Made by a program: the position numbers and the translations under genes
From: Octopus vulgaris
Taxonomy: Eukaryota
NCBI GenBank assembly: GCA_951406725.2
Contig: OX597822.1
Location: 85,808,001 to 85,872,000 of the forward strand
Reading direction: 5' to 3'
Length of the DNA stretch: 64,000 nucleotides
Notes under the pieces: model-generated
The model's database searches: none
The model's input: only the letters and a program-made list of their open reading frames with translations
What the model was told of the DNA's origin: nothing
Shown here: one piece after another, positions 23,966-38,327 of the stretch
How the letters are laid out: every line of letters starts with the position of its first letter
Numbering within the stretch: position 1 is the first letter of the stretch

Positions 23966-26794
23966 GAGCAGATAAACCAATACCAATACCTAAAAGACTA
24001 CGTACCTGGCAGCATCTTAAATGCAAACAACCAAACAGCAGTGATTATGGAACCCCCACATATCGTTGACACACTAGCTTCAAGGTTTTGCATGGGTCAG
24101 ACAGGATTCATTCAGACAGGTTTTCTACAGCTGGAGGCACACACACACACACGCACACACGTGTGTTTATGTGTGTCCGTGTGTATACACAGAAACACAA
24201 TGAATTTCTTTCAGTTTCCATCTACCAAATCCATTCGCAAAGCTTTGGGTAGCCAAAGGCAATGGTAGAAGGCCATTGCCTGAAATAGCAGTGGGACTGA
24301 ACTCAAACCACATGCTTGGGAAGCAAATTTCTTACCACACAGCCATGCTTGCAAGGCAAATTCTCAAAATCTCATTTCAAAATGGCTCTTCTCAAAGAAG
24401 GAAACAAATTTAAGAATGAATAAATAAATAAAAATCTGCAAACAAAATTTCTTAAGCAAGAATTTCTTTGAAAGAAAATTAGAAGTAAAGAAAAGCCAGA
24501 TGATATCCAATGGAGTTATTGTTAGCGGAGTGAGAGGAAGAATTTGAAGGGGCCGTTTGGGTATTTACTCCTGTGAAAAATCAAACTAAATCAACACAAC
24601 AAATATTTTCAAAGCAACCCAGTCACACAATCCAATGTTGCTAGACACAGGAGGGGGGGGGACAATCTCATCTGGCTCAAATTTGTACACACACACACAC
24701 ACACAGAAGTGTAAAAATAAAACAAGAGGAATGTTGTGGATGTAATAATATACATATATACACTTCCACACTCACTCAGAAATACAAACAGTTACACAAA
24801 CCTACTTCAATATTTTCAGTCACAGAAATACATATTAATTCACACACACACACACACACAAACTTATAAGTGAAAAATGACACAAATTCCTCATGAATGT
24901 TTACCAAGGAAAAATATTGAAAACCGGCATTGGTAGCAATGGATAGAGGAGGAAAAATGGAGGACAGGGGTGAGAGAGAAGAGAAGCTAAGAAAGAACTG
25001 AATCGGCTTAGATTTCTATGTACACATGCAAAAGATTTCTATATACACATACTAAGTGTGTTGGATTTCTTTCACACTCACTCCACACACACACACACTA
25101 GAGTAGTACCCATCAAAATTGATGGGGTTTAAATATTTCAGCCCCCTTTCTGTAATTCTTCAAGTTTGGTTGTTTTGTTTTCTTTCATTTATTCTTTTTA
25201 CCTCCACTCACTCTCTTTCATTCTTCTCACTCACATACACTCCATTACTTACTCTTTTCTACTCTGTGGATATATTTTTTTTCCTTTCAACTAATTTCAG
25301 TTTCCACAACACAAATCTCTCTCTCTCTCTCATTTCAACACAACTTCTCTTCCCCCACCTTCTGTTATAGCACTGTGTCCTTTCTTCTCTTCCCCTGTCA
25401 TTCACATTCTCACCACCACCACCTCCATCATTCCTCTCAATATTCAATTATCTACTCACTACTGCCTGTCTCACAAACGCACTAACTTTTATCCCCCAAT
25501 TTCCCAAATATTTATTCATCTAACCCTCTGATAATCTACCACACTTCCTCTTTCACCTCAATACAACCAAATGTGTTGTTTGTTTGCTTTTTTCTTTCTT
25601 TCTACTTGGACTGAATGAGAGAAACCAACCCATAAAAAACTTGGCATGCCACTTAGCAGTTTATACAATATCATTCCTAAAAGACATCCCTGAAAGACAC
25701 ACACACACAATCTTTTATTTGTTTCAGTCATTGGACTGCAACCATGCTAGGGCACCAACTTGTGGAATTCCTAGTTGAACAATTCACCCCCAATACTTTT
25801 TTTTTTTTTTAAATAGGTTCTTATTTAAACCAGTCACTTTTGATGAACCACTAAGTTATGAAGACGTAAACTAACCAACACCGGTTGTCAAGCAGTGGAA
25901 AAGGGGGAACAAACACACACATATAAGAGCTACAGAAGAAGACACTTGCCCAAGGTGAGATTATATATATATATATTCATGAAAAGGACTCTCTCTCTTT
26001 CCCTTTAACACCTTCAAAACAAATCACTTGGTTCCATCCATCATATTTTTTCTCCATCACACACACTCAACCTGGCTCTTCACATTCCAGATCCATCAAA
26101 CCCATCACACAGTAGGCAACATCACTCACTAGTCCTTATGCCAAAATTAAATCATTTACTACACTGTGTAAGGCGGTAGCTATGACATGGAGTCAGTTAA
26201 AGTATTTGGTCTCGCCAAAGACAGAGCGACCTGCCTAGTGCTGGTGCGAATATAAAATATAGCCAGTACACTTTGTACAGTGGCTGGTGATAGGAAGAGT
26301 ATTTAGTTGTTAAAAACAGGTCAAATATTAAATGTGCAAGCATTTCCTATGTCTTCTGAGCCACATATAAGAGCAGGAATTCCAAATCAGAATTGACTTG
26401 GACTGTGACAATACAACCAATCCATTCTAGCATGGAAAATGAACATAAAATTATGAGTGTGCATGTGTGGTTGTATGTGCATGTGTGTGCATGTATGTGC
26501 ACACATTTGTATCTGCAATTTGCTGAAAATAGCACACTTGCTTTCGATGTTCATTCTCACACTAACTGAAATGACAATATGCTCTACCGAACGTCTTATT
26601 TAAAACAATCACCAGAAGAACTGCATCTTACACCTTTGATGGATTATAACGATAATTATAGTGATTACACAATATGTTAATTAAATCATTTCACCAATGC
26701 AATACAAGTGTAAAAATGTATGAAAACTATTGTAGAGATATTGTAAATAAAAAAGGTCATTCAATTCATTTTCTACTATCTGTCAATCTGTCTA

Positions 26795-27475
26795 TGGGGT
26801 AAGTAGCCTGCTTACCAACCACATGGTTCTGAGTTCAGTCCCACTGCATGGCACCTTGGGTAAGTGTCTCCTACTATAGCCTCGGGCTGACCAAAGCCAT
26901 GAGTGGATTTGGAAGATGGAAACTGAAAGAAGCCTGTCATATGTGTGTGTGTGTGTGTGTGTTTCCCAACACACTTTCATTTGACAAGCAATGCTGGTGC
27001 TTATGTCCCCATAACTTAGTGGTTCAGCAAAAGAGATCGATAGAATAAGTACTAAGCTTACAAAGAATAAGTCCTAGGGTTGATTTGTTCAATTAAAGGT
27101 GGTGCTCCAGTATGGCCGCAGTCAAATGACTGAAACAAATAAAAGAATATATATATATTCTTTTACTTGTTTCAGTCTAACAAATCAATCCCAGGACTTA
27201 TTCTTTGTAAGCCTGGTACCTATTCTATTGGCCTCTTTTGCTGAACCGCTAAGTTACAGGAACGTAAACACACCAGCATCGGTTGTCAAGCGATAGTGGA
27301 AGGACAAATATATATATATGATGGGCTTCTTTCAGTTTTCATCTACCAAAATCCACTTACAAGGCTTTGGTCAGCCCGAGGCTATAGTAGAAGACACTTG
27401 CTCAAGGTGCCACGCAGTGGGACTGAACCCAGAACTATATGGTTGGGAAGCAAGCTTCTTACAACACTGCCACAT
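26795..27475. mobile_element. Tail-to-tail pair of family-A SINEs (+ 26795-27145, - 27158-27475)
   Basis: Tails ..GAAACAAATAAAAGAATATA|TATATATTCTTTTACTTGTTTCAG meet across a short (TA)n. Confidence 0.85.
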
Positions 27476-27756
27476 CCTGAGAAAGCAAGATTTAATGTTG
27501 AAAGCGTGGTTGTTCCACCACATTCAACAGATACCGCACATAGTTAAAAAGTCTGCAAGCATAGAACATTATTATTGAAAGTAACAGTTTATGAAATAAC
27601 CCCCCACCACCACTACCACATGTTTAAATGTCAATTTACTGGGGTTAGAAAGAATAGAAGAAAGAAAAGAAGTAAAATATGAAATGGAAATAAGAAAGAA
27701 TTATTTTATTAGCAGGCCATCTGAAACACATACACACACACACACATGATTATATA

Positions 27757-28165
27757 GGCATGGTGATGTGGTTCAGAAACTTGCTTTGCACCCACATGGT
27801 TTTAGGTTCGGTCCCACTGAGTTATACCATGAGTGTGTTCTTGTATAGCCCCAGGCTAACTAAGGCCTTGTGAATGAATTTGGAAGATGGAAACTGTATG
27901 GAAGCTTGTCGTGTGTGTGTGTGTGTGAGCGAGAGTGTGTGTAAGTGCGCATGCACGCGTCTGTGACTGTCCACCACTATCACCACCACCACCCCCAACA
28001 GCATGACAATCAGTGTCAACTTGTCTATGTCCCTATAACTTAGAAGTTTGGCAGTATAAGTATCAGACTTGAAAAAATAAGTATTGGGGTCTATTTTCCA
28101 CCTAAAACCCTTCAAGATGGTGCCCCAGCATGGCCACTGTCCAATGGGTGAAACTAGTAGAAGAT
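27757..28165 (+). mobile_element. Family-A SINE
   Basis: GGCATGGTGATGTGG..GGTTCGGTCCCACTG..GTGCCCCAGCATGGCCAC. Confidence 0.75.
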
Positions 28166-28409
28166 AATGGACAAAGGATATCATCACCATTGCTGGTATG
28201 GGCTGAACAGATCGTTTCTGCCTTTTAAGATGGAGAGGGGGACACATGTTGCTCATAAGTTTTATTTTTAGCTTGGTTTCTACAGTTGATTGTTCTTCCT
28301 TAATGCTAACCACTTTACGGAACTGGGTGTATTTTATTGTAGCACCAACCTTTCAAAGAGCAGAGATGATGGATAAATGGTGAGAGTGAATGAGGTATAT
28401 CATTATCTT

Positions 28410-28790
28410 TATCTCTTACCTGTTTCAGTCGTTAGACTGCGGCTATGCTGGGGCACAACCTCAATGAATTTTTAGTCGAATGATTCAACCCTAGTATTTG
28501 ATTTTTTTAAGCTTGGTACTTATTCTATTGATCTCTTTTGCTGAACTGCTAAGTTATGGGGATGTAAACAAACCGATACCAGTATCACCAGTGTTAGTGG
28601 TGGATAAGCAAAGACACAAACACACACATATGATGAGTTTCTTTCAGCTTCCATCTAACAAATCCAATCTCAAGACTTTGGTCAGCCTAAGGCTATAGAA
28701 AAAGACACTAGCCCAAGGTGCCACACAGTGGGACCAAACTAGGAACCTTGTGGTTAGGAAGCAAACTTCTTACCACACAGCCATGCCTGC
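28410..28790 (-). mobile_element. Family-A SINE
   Basis: TGTTTCAGTC..ATGCTGGGGCAC..GCCCAAGGTGCCACACAGTGGGAC..TACCACACAGCCATGCC. Confidence 0.8.
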
Positions 28791-28810
28791 GCATGCATAC
28801 ATAAACACAA

Positions 28811-28867
<57 letters not shown>

Positions 28868-29087
28868 TTGTTCTTTAACAAGGATGGTATTGACAGTGAC
28901 TTCAACATTTTGATCTGCCAAGCCAGACCAATGATGCCTTACTAGGCTGAAACTTTGATACCACTGTCAGTACTTTTCTTGTTTAAGAAGAAATTTGTAA
29001 TCTACAAAAAGTATTAAATAATCTTCCAGGTTAATGTTAAATTGTTTTTATTATAACTGGAGAGAAAAACAAACATTTTATTTGTAT

Positions 29088-29118
<31 letters not shown>

Positions 29119-29155
29119 AGCAAATGAATAATAACAGATGACAGGTAAATGTCAG

Positions 29156-29239
29156 CTCATTACAACTGTTTTTTATGCATTTTTTAATAGAAGAATGAGT
29201 ACATTATATCACTCCAAAAAACCATTATCATCAAATGAA
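29156..29239 (-). ncRNA. Degenerate hammerhead-like motif with long stem II region
   Basis: ttcat-TTGATGA-(~55 nt)-AAAA-cagttg-TA-atgag; both core boxes mutated. Confidence 0.35.
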
Positions 29240-29769
29240 ACGTACTTTCAAAACAATAGGAGATTCCAAGAACACAGTAGGAACATGCTTGAAACCAGCC
29301 GAAGCTGACCGTGAAATGCATTTTACAGTCATAGGGATTCACGACACGTCAGACACCCAGAGTATACCAAACAACATATGATCAACACGGTGTGTACTTT
29401 GGACCAGCTCCTAGGTACTTGATACTCATAGGGGTGGTTTTCTGTATGTACACGACCTGAATATCCTACTGGATATTTAATCAACCACAGGTGGTGACCA
29501 CAGCTTTATCCAACCCTACCTGGTGCATATTCTTCTAAGTACCTGATTCTATCAAGAATCCATATTATTATTATATATACATATATATATATATAGACAC
29601 ACCTAACTGCTACCTAAATAAGAATTAGCAGCAGGATTATATAACAAGGTTACATGGTTAAACTACATTAAGCAAGCACACAAATATCAGGAATATATCC
29701 ATCCTGTCTTGGAGACGGTTAGTCCTTTCTTCAATACGATTCTCAGTAGTATTTCTTCAGTTGAACCAC

Positions 29770-29804
<35 letters not shown>

Positions 29805-30469
29805 TATGTGCACATTTACATAATCACACACACACACACACGTTATGTGCACATTTACATAATACACACATACACACACAAACACATTATGTGCACATTT
29901 GCAGCTGGTTGTGTTTACGTAACTATTCCTGCACTCACATGACTCACAAAACTCATTCATGTTTTTTGTGAAGGCTTTAACAGAATTTCATGGCTAACAA
30001 GCAATCATGTACTTGTTAATTGCAACCACTTCTTCGTATCTACCTACCTACACACACACAAACACACACTACTCTTCAAGCTAGTTCCTTTCAGTGGGAA
30101 TGCTGGCTCATGTTAAAAGCATCTCCTGTTTGTTGGGTGGTTACATTAGCTCTGGTTACATACTCATCCTGTCTCTCGTATCTGTTGTGTACATGTATGT
30201 ATACTTACTGTTTCTTTATATAGATAGAAGCATAAATAGTGAGAGAGGGAGACCACTGCAAGTAAGGGAAGCAAACTAAGATAAGCTTTGACTTGAAACC
30301 AGTGTGTAAGTCATGTTCCACCTCAAGGACCCTTTACCATTTTCACAGAATTCTCCAATATCATAGCCCAAGTTCACAAGAAGAGCTTCATATGTTAGTG
30401 ACATTCATATCTTTTCCAACAGGATGATCTCTAACTTTGGAGCAAATACGAGGTGGGGGAGCAGTTTGT

Positions 30470-30875
30470 GTATCATCATCATCATCATTTAACATCTGTT
30501 GTCCATGCTGGCATGGGTTGGACAGCCTGACCAGGGCTGGCAAGCTGAGTGGCTGCACCAGACTCCAGTCTGATTTGGTATGGTTTCTACAGCTGGATGC
30601 CCTTCCTAATGCCAACCACTCCAAGAGTGTAATGGGTGCTTATACACGTCACTGGCACCAAAATCTGTCACAACTACGATTTTATTTGGCTAGATGGCTC
30701 TTCTACTCAAGCACAACATATTGCCGAAGGTCTTGGCCCAACGCTTGAAAGGTGCTTTTTACGTACAACTGGCACAGGTGCTAGTTACATGACACCGGCA
30801 TCAGCCATATTGCCTCTGTGAGGCCCAACACTCAAAAGGTGCATTTTATGTGCCGCTGGCACAGGTGCCAGTTAT
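30470..30875 (-). mobile_element. RTE-type 3' tail repeat
   Basis: (CAT)n TTTAACATCTG..CATGCTGGCATGGGTTGG..TTTCTACAGCTGGATGCCCTTCCTAATGCCAACCACT. Confidence 0.8.
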
Positions 30876-32077
30876 GATGATTGGAAAAACTTAATATATA
30901 ACTGGTATTAATTCTAGTAATCCTGAAGAGAAAGAAGGCAAATTCAACAACAATAGAATTTGAATTCAGAACACAGAAATATTGACCAAATCTTCCTCAA
31001 ATCATACCCCCACCATCTTAGAACAAAATCCATAGAATAATGTGGTCCTGCCCATAAGATACAGATGAGATGCTCATGGCTGGATCCAAGATCTGCTTGA
31101 TCAGAGCTGAACTCTGGCCAAACAACAGCAATGACTGTGAGGTATGTAGTGCTAATTATTTCTTACATTCCACTGCAATAAGAATTGGCTCTAATTAGGC
31201 ACAAGGACTGCAAACTTGAGGGGAAAGTCTATTAGTTGATGCTGTCAACCCTTTCAGCTTGGCTGGTCCTTTACCTTATCAACTCTGGAGGGGTGCAAAG
31301 CAGGTAAAGCAAAGTCAAGCTCAGAAGCATCTGAACTCTGAATCAAAAACCTGGAACAAACCCCTACAATGTAACAATACTGCTAATCAACCACCCAATA
31401 ATAATAATAATAATAATAATAATAACCGTCCAACCCATGCTAGCATGGAAAGCGAACGATGATGATGATGATGATGAATAATTCTTTCTATTAATGGCAC
31501 GAAGCCTAAATTTGGTGGGGAGACTAGTCAATTGCACTGACCACAGTGCACCACTGGTATTTAATTTATTTCTTTTATATTTTTGTTGCAGTTGTCATTG
31601 GTGGTGGTGGTGTTGTCACTGCTGTTGCTGTTGTTCTCACTGCGGACACTGAAAGTTTTGAAGTTGCTCAGAGATAAAACATTATTCACCTTGGTAATGT
31701 CATTAAGTTTAGGCCATTTGATATTCTTATTCTCAATTTCTTCCAACAAGGAACATGTTCCTTTGTCAAGCATTATGATGGCTTCTTTATAAGTCATCTT
31801 TAAATAATTAAAGAAAATTGCAAAATATTTGCTTTGCTGAAAATGCAGATTCAAAAATTATTGATGTGCACCCCCTGCAAAACAGGAAGTGTTTCTATGC
31901 AATAATACTATCTGCACAGTGCACACAATCTCAGAAATGCAATGGTAACAATAAAAATGAAAACAAGGGGACTTAGAGGGCCAAAAAGATCACAAACACT
32001 TTTTCAACTTACAGAGCACCAAATTTCCATGACTTTACAGTATAGTGGCCATAATAATAATAATAATAATAATAATA

Positions 32078-32364
32078 AAGATTTCAAATTTTGGCACAAG
32101 GCCAGCAGTTTGGGGGAGGGAGTGAGTTGAATACATCTACCCTAGTACTCAATTGGTGCCTATTTTATCAGCCCCAGAAGGATGAAAGGCAAAGTCAACC
32201 TCAGCAGAATTTGAACTCAAACTGTAAAGGTGGATGAAATGCCACTCACTGCTCTTATATTAGTAATAATAATAATAATAGTAGTAGCAGTAGCAGTAGT
32301 AATAATAGTAGTAGTAATAATAATAGTAGTCGTAGTAGTAGTAATGGTGGTGGTGGTGGTGGCG

Positions 32365-32429
<65 letters not shown>

Positions 32430-32665
32430 CATAAAAATAGTAATAATAATAATAATCTTTTCTACTCTAGGTACAAGGCCTGAAATTTGCAGGGCGGGGA
32501 CTAGTCGATTACATCAACCCCAGTTTTTCACTTGTACTTAATTTATCAACCCCAAAAGGATAAAAGGCAAAGTCAACCTTGGAGGAATTTGAACTCAGAA
32601 CGTAGCAGCAGCCGAAATACCGCTAAGGATTTCGCCCAGCATGCGAACAATACTGCCAGCTTGTC
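32078..32665 (-). mobile_element. Two family-B SINEs flanking a (TAG/TAA)n tract
   Basis: GAAGGATGAAAGGCAAAGTCAACCT..GAATTTGAACTCA in both; (GTA)n at ~32260-32430. Confidence 0.8.
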
Positions 32666-33102
32666 ATAATAATAATAATAATCATCAACATAACAATAAT
32701 TTCTTCGTTAAAATAATACTAATTACAAAACCAACAAAAACAAACAACTTTTGTAAGGTTTAGTGTTGACATTGTTAGCTTCTCGTCAATTGATGTCAAG
32801 TCTGTATGTCAGCCATGGAAACATCAGCCTATTCAAAAGTGACAATAGCTTTTCATGTGTTGCTGTTGCTGTTGTTGTTGTTGTGATGCTGGTTGAAACC
32901 ATCAGTTGTCTTCATCATTGCTTACGTAGACTCAGGAAAGACTTGGTGACTTAAAACGTTTAGATTTCCTGTTATGTTACTGTTTAGCTCTGTTGTCATT
33001 GTGAAAGAATGGCTGCTGTTGCAAATCTGCACTCTTGCATGCCCTCCATCCCTCTTTCCCAGCCTCTCTTTCAACTGATCTACTTACACTTATTTACTCT
33101 CC

Positions 33103-33139
<37 letters not shown>

Positions 33140-33261
33140 TCATTCACTCTTGTGCAAATAACATTTCACACACAAAACCTACTTTCTCTCTTTTCTCACA
33201 AACTCATATGTAAATATATAATGACACACAAAGCATGTTTGTTTTTATATACATATAAACA

Positions 33262-33297
<36 letters not shown>

Positions 33298-33531
33298 GCT
33301 GTCTAAGAGTCCATAAGTCAGGAAAAATTGCACTCATATATCTGTCAACAGAGTGGGTGTATTAATCGAAGTGTACAGTATTATATAGCCCTTATGGCTC
33401 ATCTTACCAATGTTTTATGCTAGGGATTCAACAAAGCGTTGGGTAACAATCTGGTTGTGTAACCCTGCACTCTTCAGAGGTAGCCATTATAACTTATTGA
33501 CTACCTCCGATAAGGTACCTATCACCCCAAC

Positions 33532-33582
<51 letters not shown>

Positions 33583-33583
<1 letters not shown>

Positions 33584-33793
33584 CAGAGTAAGCACATATA
33601 TGCGAAACAAGGTGGAAAAAATAGTACACGAATACCAGAGGTAGAGTTATATACTTAATTAAAAAGCAGCAAAAAATATATCACAAAAACTGTTACTCAG
33701 AGTTTCACGTTCTCGCTGTGTGACAAATGAGAACATGAAACTCTGAGTAAAAGTTTTTGTGACATATTTTTTTCTGCTTTTCAATAAAGTATA
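33583..33793. mobile_element. Penelope pLTR-like fold-back cassette with degenerate HHRs, in (TA/CA)n
   Basis: 33650-33715 inverted relative to ~33728-33793; right arm ctgt-GTGACAA-atg(agaa)cat-GAAA-ctc(t)gag-TA-aaag. Confidence 0.65.
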
Positions 33794-36700
33794 CATATAT
33801 ATATATACACGCTATATATATATATACACATGCACACACACATGTACATATATATTCTTAAATACACTGATGTATTTCCATGTGTCTATGTCTATCAATA
33901 CATCATCTATTTATGTTTAAGGAATTATATCCATAAGTAAGGCGGTATAATCTCACACTGCCTCTAACGAACTAATCAACAACATTAGATTAGATTTCAG
34001 AACAAGTTGATTCTACCCCCCACCACCACCAGTACCAGCTTAAGAGAGTCCAACAATGGTCAATGTCAGGTTTGTTGTATATTAGGCTACATATAAACAT
34101 ACAGATGCCTGTATGAAGGCAGTATATTAGGAACTCTCAAAAGAGCCAAACAATAGGCCTTCAGAGATGAAAACCCCACCCTCAGATAAGTGTTTCAGCC
34201 CTTAATTTCTTACATTCTCAAGGGTCCAGGCCGCATTCAGATCATGACTCCTGGGTGCCCTTCTGCTGACACTGTTTAGCCACTTGGACATCAGAGATTT
34301 GTGCTTTTCAACGAGTTGGAACTCCTCTCTGTTGGTTCAGATTTCTCCTAACATCTTTATGCTTACACTTAACACTTTCTACACAGAGCAGATTGGCATG
34401 CCTTGGTTGCTGATACACCAACATGCACTGAAACTACAAAGATTCCTGGATGGCGAGCAGATGTGGTCTCCATTTGTAAGTCAGGTCTTTCTGAAAATTA
34501 TCTGTAATGATGGAGCTATAAAGCAGTACTATCAAGTGCTCATCCCCCTCTACTGGTCAATCAGTCTACTCAGTTGAAGTTTCATAAGAGCAGAGTCAAT
34601 TTATGGTAGGAAACAACAATGATATTGTCAGGGAAGCTCTGGACATCAACAAGAATGAACTGCCTGGTCAATTCTGGAGGATTTCCAGGCCAAAGATTAC
34701 AGATAACTTCCAGAAATGATTAGCAGTGCTACTGGGAAGCGTTGCCAGTTGAAGATAAATCTAAAGCTATGGAAGTGTCATCAAGCAGGCCCATCCTAGA
34801 TAGGCATAGAACAATGAAACTGAATTGCACACACACACACACATATTCAGTGTTCTTGTAGACTTGTAGAGTTATGTAAAACATTTATTGTCTTGTGTAA
34901 GACAGATCCAGCTATTGTGAACATTGCACTTGCTCCTTTAACTAAGAAGGCCAAGGAGAATTCCTCTATCTAGCATCTTTGGCAAAAGAGGCTATGGCAG
35001 CCTGGCAGGTTGTAGGTTTTAAGAGGAATTGGATGTTGTTCCGGATATGAAAGTGACGCTTGCCAACAAGGTCTTCACAACAACAACCAGTTTCACACAT
35101 CTATAGAAACCAGCAGCATTTACACATGGTGATACGGCTATTGTTGTTGTTAATAAGGTTGGGCATGAACAAAGCCATGATCATCCCATCTTTTTGTAGA
35201 TCAGGAACTACGTTGTCCAATATATACTTTATCTGTAATGGCAGGCTGTGATTCAAAGAAGATTTAGTTTCTATTTCTAACAGATTGAGTTTAAACAGAT
35301 TTAAAGTCTCATTTACTCCAGATTATACAACAAATAAGGTTGGTGATGATGGGGGAGGCAAAGTGATCAGGGTTGAGGGAGGAGGAGTGCAGTTAGGAAA
35401 AACAAAAGTGATATCAAGATGATGAGTGTTTTAAACTACTGGGATGTATGTGAGAGGGGGAAAGGAGCTCCTGGGCAAGTGGTTGCTCAAGTCTTTGTCT
35501 GGTTTGAAAGATCAGTTTTAGGCTGGGGTGGAGAACAGAAGCTCAAAGTTGAGAAAGGTTTAAGGGTGTAATTAAGTTGATGGGCAAAAACGAGGAGAAA
35601 ATGGACATCTCTCTTTAAATGTGTGTGAGGATAGAGTGACTGAGCCTATACTAGTGGCCTAGGCTTAGAAAAATGCAGACTTGAATATCAATACAGGGTA
35701 ATCCCACACAAAAAAGTACTGTATTTCATCAGACTTCAAAAGAAAATCTAAGTCTTTCTTGCATAATCAAGTTGAAAATCTTGCAAAATAATTTTATAAG
35801 TTATCACCTTGTACATAAGTTACATTTTACAATCTTACAGTAATTCTGTTTGTCATCCTGTTACTTAGCTTGCTGGTAACGCTTTCACATGATTAGGCAA
35901 AAAAAAAGAGAGAAAAAGGAGAGAGAAGGACAGAAAGAGAAGGAGAGAAAAAGAAGGAGAGAAAAAGGAGAGAGAAGAAGAGAAAAAGAAGGAGAGAGAA
36001 GCGTCCATGACATGAGGTAGAGGTAATGTAATTGTAATGCTGTCATGTGATTTAGTTGAACAGAAAGAGAGGAGAAAGAATAAGGAGAGAGAAAAAAGGA
36101 TAAGGTGAAGAGTGAGACAGAGAGAGAGAGTAAACGACGGAGAGAGAAAATGATGGACAGAAAGACGGAGAGAGAGAAAGACGGAGAGAGAAGCATTCAT
36201 GACGTAAGGTAGGGAGAATTTAATATTTATTACGTGATATAGAGGAGGAGAATTAAAAATATAATTGTAACAGAGGGGTGATGTTCTGATGGTGAGGTTA
36301 CGGAAAGGCACAGAGAGGGGAGAGAGAGAATGAGGAGGGAGAGGGGGTGAGATGGTGATTGTGGTGGATGTGATTTGATAGTGAAAAGTATATTTTTTTT
36401 AAAATTGAACTAAATTTTTTATATCACTTATCACTTAACTCATCCACATAAGTGCAATTCCATGAAATATTCACGCTTATTTACGTGGCAGATATGATAA
36501 ACCTTTAGTTAAATTGCATATATGTAAGAGATATTTTTGTTTTGTTTATGGGGAAAATGGAAAAATAAGAGTGAATATTTATTTTATGAGTGTTGTGTAT
36601 TAAGTCTATAAAGTGTTTTAAATAATCATCTTATTCCAATTTCTTTCACTTTTCAATGATTAGTAGATGAGGGACTGTCTTTCCATACAGGCTACGCTTT

Positions 36701-37379
36701 CAGGTTTTTTTTGGATAAAGTTTTCAGAACTTTATCCAAACTTTAAGTCAATAGGTTTACCATTAATTCCATGAAATATTCATGGATCCCACTAGTTATT
36801 AATCAGTCAGTTTTATAAATAAATCATTATCATCATTATCATCATTTAACATCCATCCATGATGACATGATGACAGAACTTGATGTGTCCAAGTATTGCA
36901 TTGTGCTCTAATGTCAGCTGTGGGGTGGTTTCTAAGGTTGGATGATGCTCTTCCTAACACCAACCACTTTACTGTAAGTACTGGGTGCTTTTTTTCATGG
37001 CACCTTCACTATACAGCTCACAAAGCCACAAACCTTGGGATGGGGGAGTCAGCTTCTTGCTAAAGAAGGGACTAGATTATGAGGGGTGGTTGGGGCAGTG
37101 CAAATTCTTGTAGAACATACTAGAGATAGATAATGGTGAGGATATGACTAGGAGGCCCTACAAGGTAAGTTGAAGAATTGGTCTGCAAGAATGTATGTGA
37201 AGGAGAATGAAGGGATGAAGAAGTGGGCTGCTTGAAGGGGTAGGGTTGAAGGGTGAGTGAGGAGAAGAGGCAGGTTTAATGCATGGGAGTCACTGTAATG
37301 TAGGTGGAGAGCACAACTTCCACAACTCAGTTCCTTTGCTGAGGAAGGCAAATCTTTTCAAGAATCTCATAACACCAGA

Positions 37380-37995
37380 GATCCCAGTCCATTTTTTTAC
37401 CTCCTTCATAATGCTCAGGGTCCAGCAGTCAGTCTTAACCACTTCATCCCATGACTTCTTGGACTTTCCTCTTCTGCAAGTTCTAGCTAAAATTTGGTGG
37501 TCAGCACTTCCTTAAATAGCTGCCCTCATCCATCTGCATTACATGTCCATGCTAGCACAGTCTTCTTTCTTGTGCACTGCATCTGATTCTTCTTATGTCC
37601 AGTTTTTCCCTCAGCGCCTTCCTACTAATTCTGTCACACACACACACACACACTGCACATCCAGCAGCAGAACATGCTCGCTTCATTTCTTTCCAGTTTT
37701 CTCAACTTCTCTGCATTCAAGGCCCATCTCTCACTCCTATACAGCACTGCGGTTCTAACACAAGCATCCTACAATCTGCCCATCACTCCTAAGGCAAAAA
37801 TCTTTGTTGTTCGCAACAGTAGTACTTTCTCCACTCAGTTCTCCTTCTAGAGACTATATTTTCAGAGCAACAACTTTCCTTACCAATTACATCTCCCAAG
37901 TAACAAGAGTTATCAACTACTGTGCATTTAAGAGACTCAGTTCTTGATGGGCTTGTATGTACTACTTCAGTGCATCTACTGAATATGAAACTCAC
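37380..37995 (-). mobile_element. RTE LINE ORF C-terminal fragment (decayed)
   Basis: VDNSCYLGDVIG..SENIVSR..TAVLYRSERWALNAEKLRKLERNEASMFCWMC. Confidence 0.75.
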
Positions 37996-38113
37996 ATTTT
38001 CAGATAGACTGCTAGTGGGGATCTCCTTAACATTGAACTCATCATCTCATGTTGTTGTGTAAGATAATCTGCCTCTGAGCAAGGTATAAACAGTAGCCAC
38101 ATGACATCATGAA

Positions 38114-38327
38114 GTATATTTGTCACCTAAATGTGGCTAATCCTTAAGGGTCATTCCCATCTCCAGCCTGATGTGATACACACGGAGATGGGAACAATGA
38201 CTTCCCTTTGCAAATACTGATAGGGCACAGTGTGTCAATAGCCAGTTGGATGAGATGTCTTCCTGGGGCTACAAGCTACAGTAGCATCAACCCTTAAGGG
38301 TTAGCCACATTTAGGTGACAAATATAC
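38114..38327. repeat. ~37-bp inverted repeat pair with internal hairpin
   Basis: GTATATTTGTCACCTAAATGTGGCTAATCCTTAAGGG / CCCTTAAGGGTTAGCCACATTTAGGTGACAAATATAC (one mismatch). Confidence 0.8.

Noticed and set aside
34290-34800. Possible old RTE fragment
   Set aside because: Only weak motif resemblance; not called
38155-38200. CTGATG inside a hairpin as a hammerhead
   Set aside because: Core reads CTGATGT, with no stem II-GAAA arrangement
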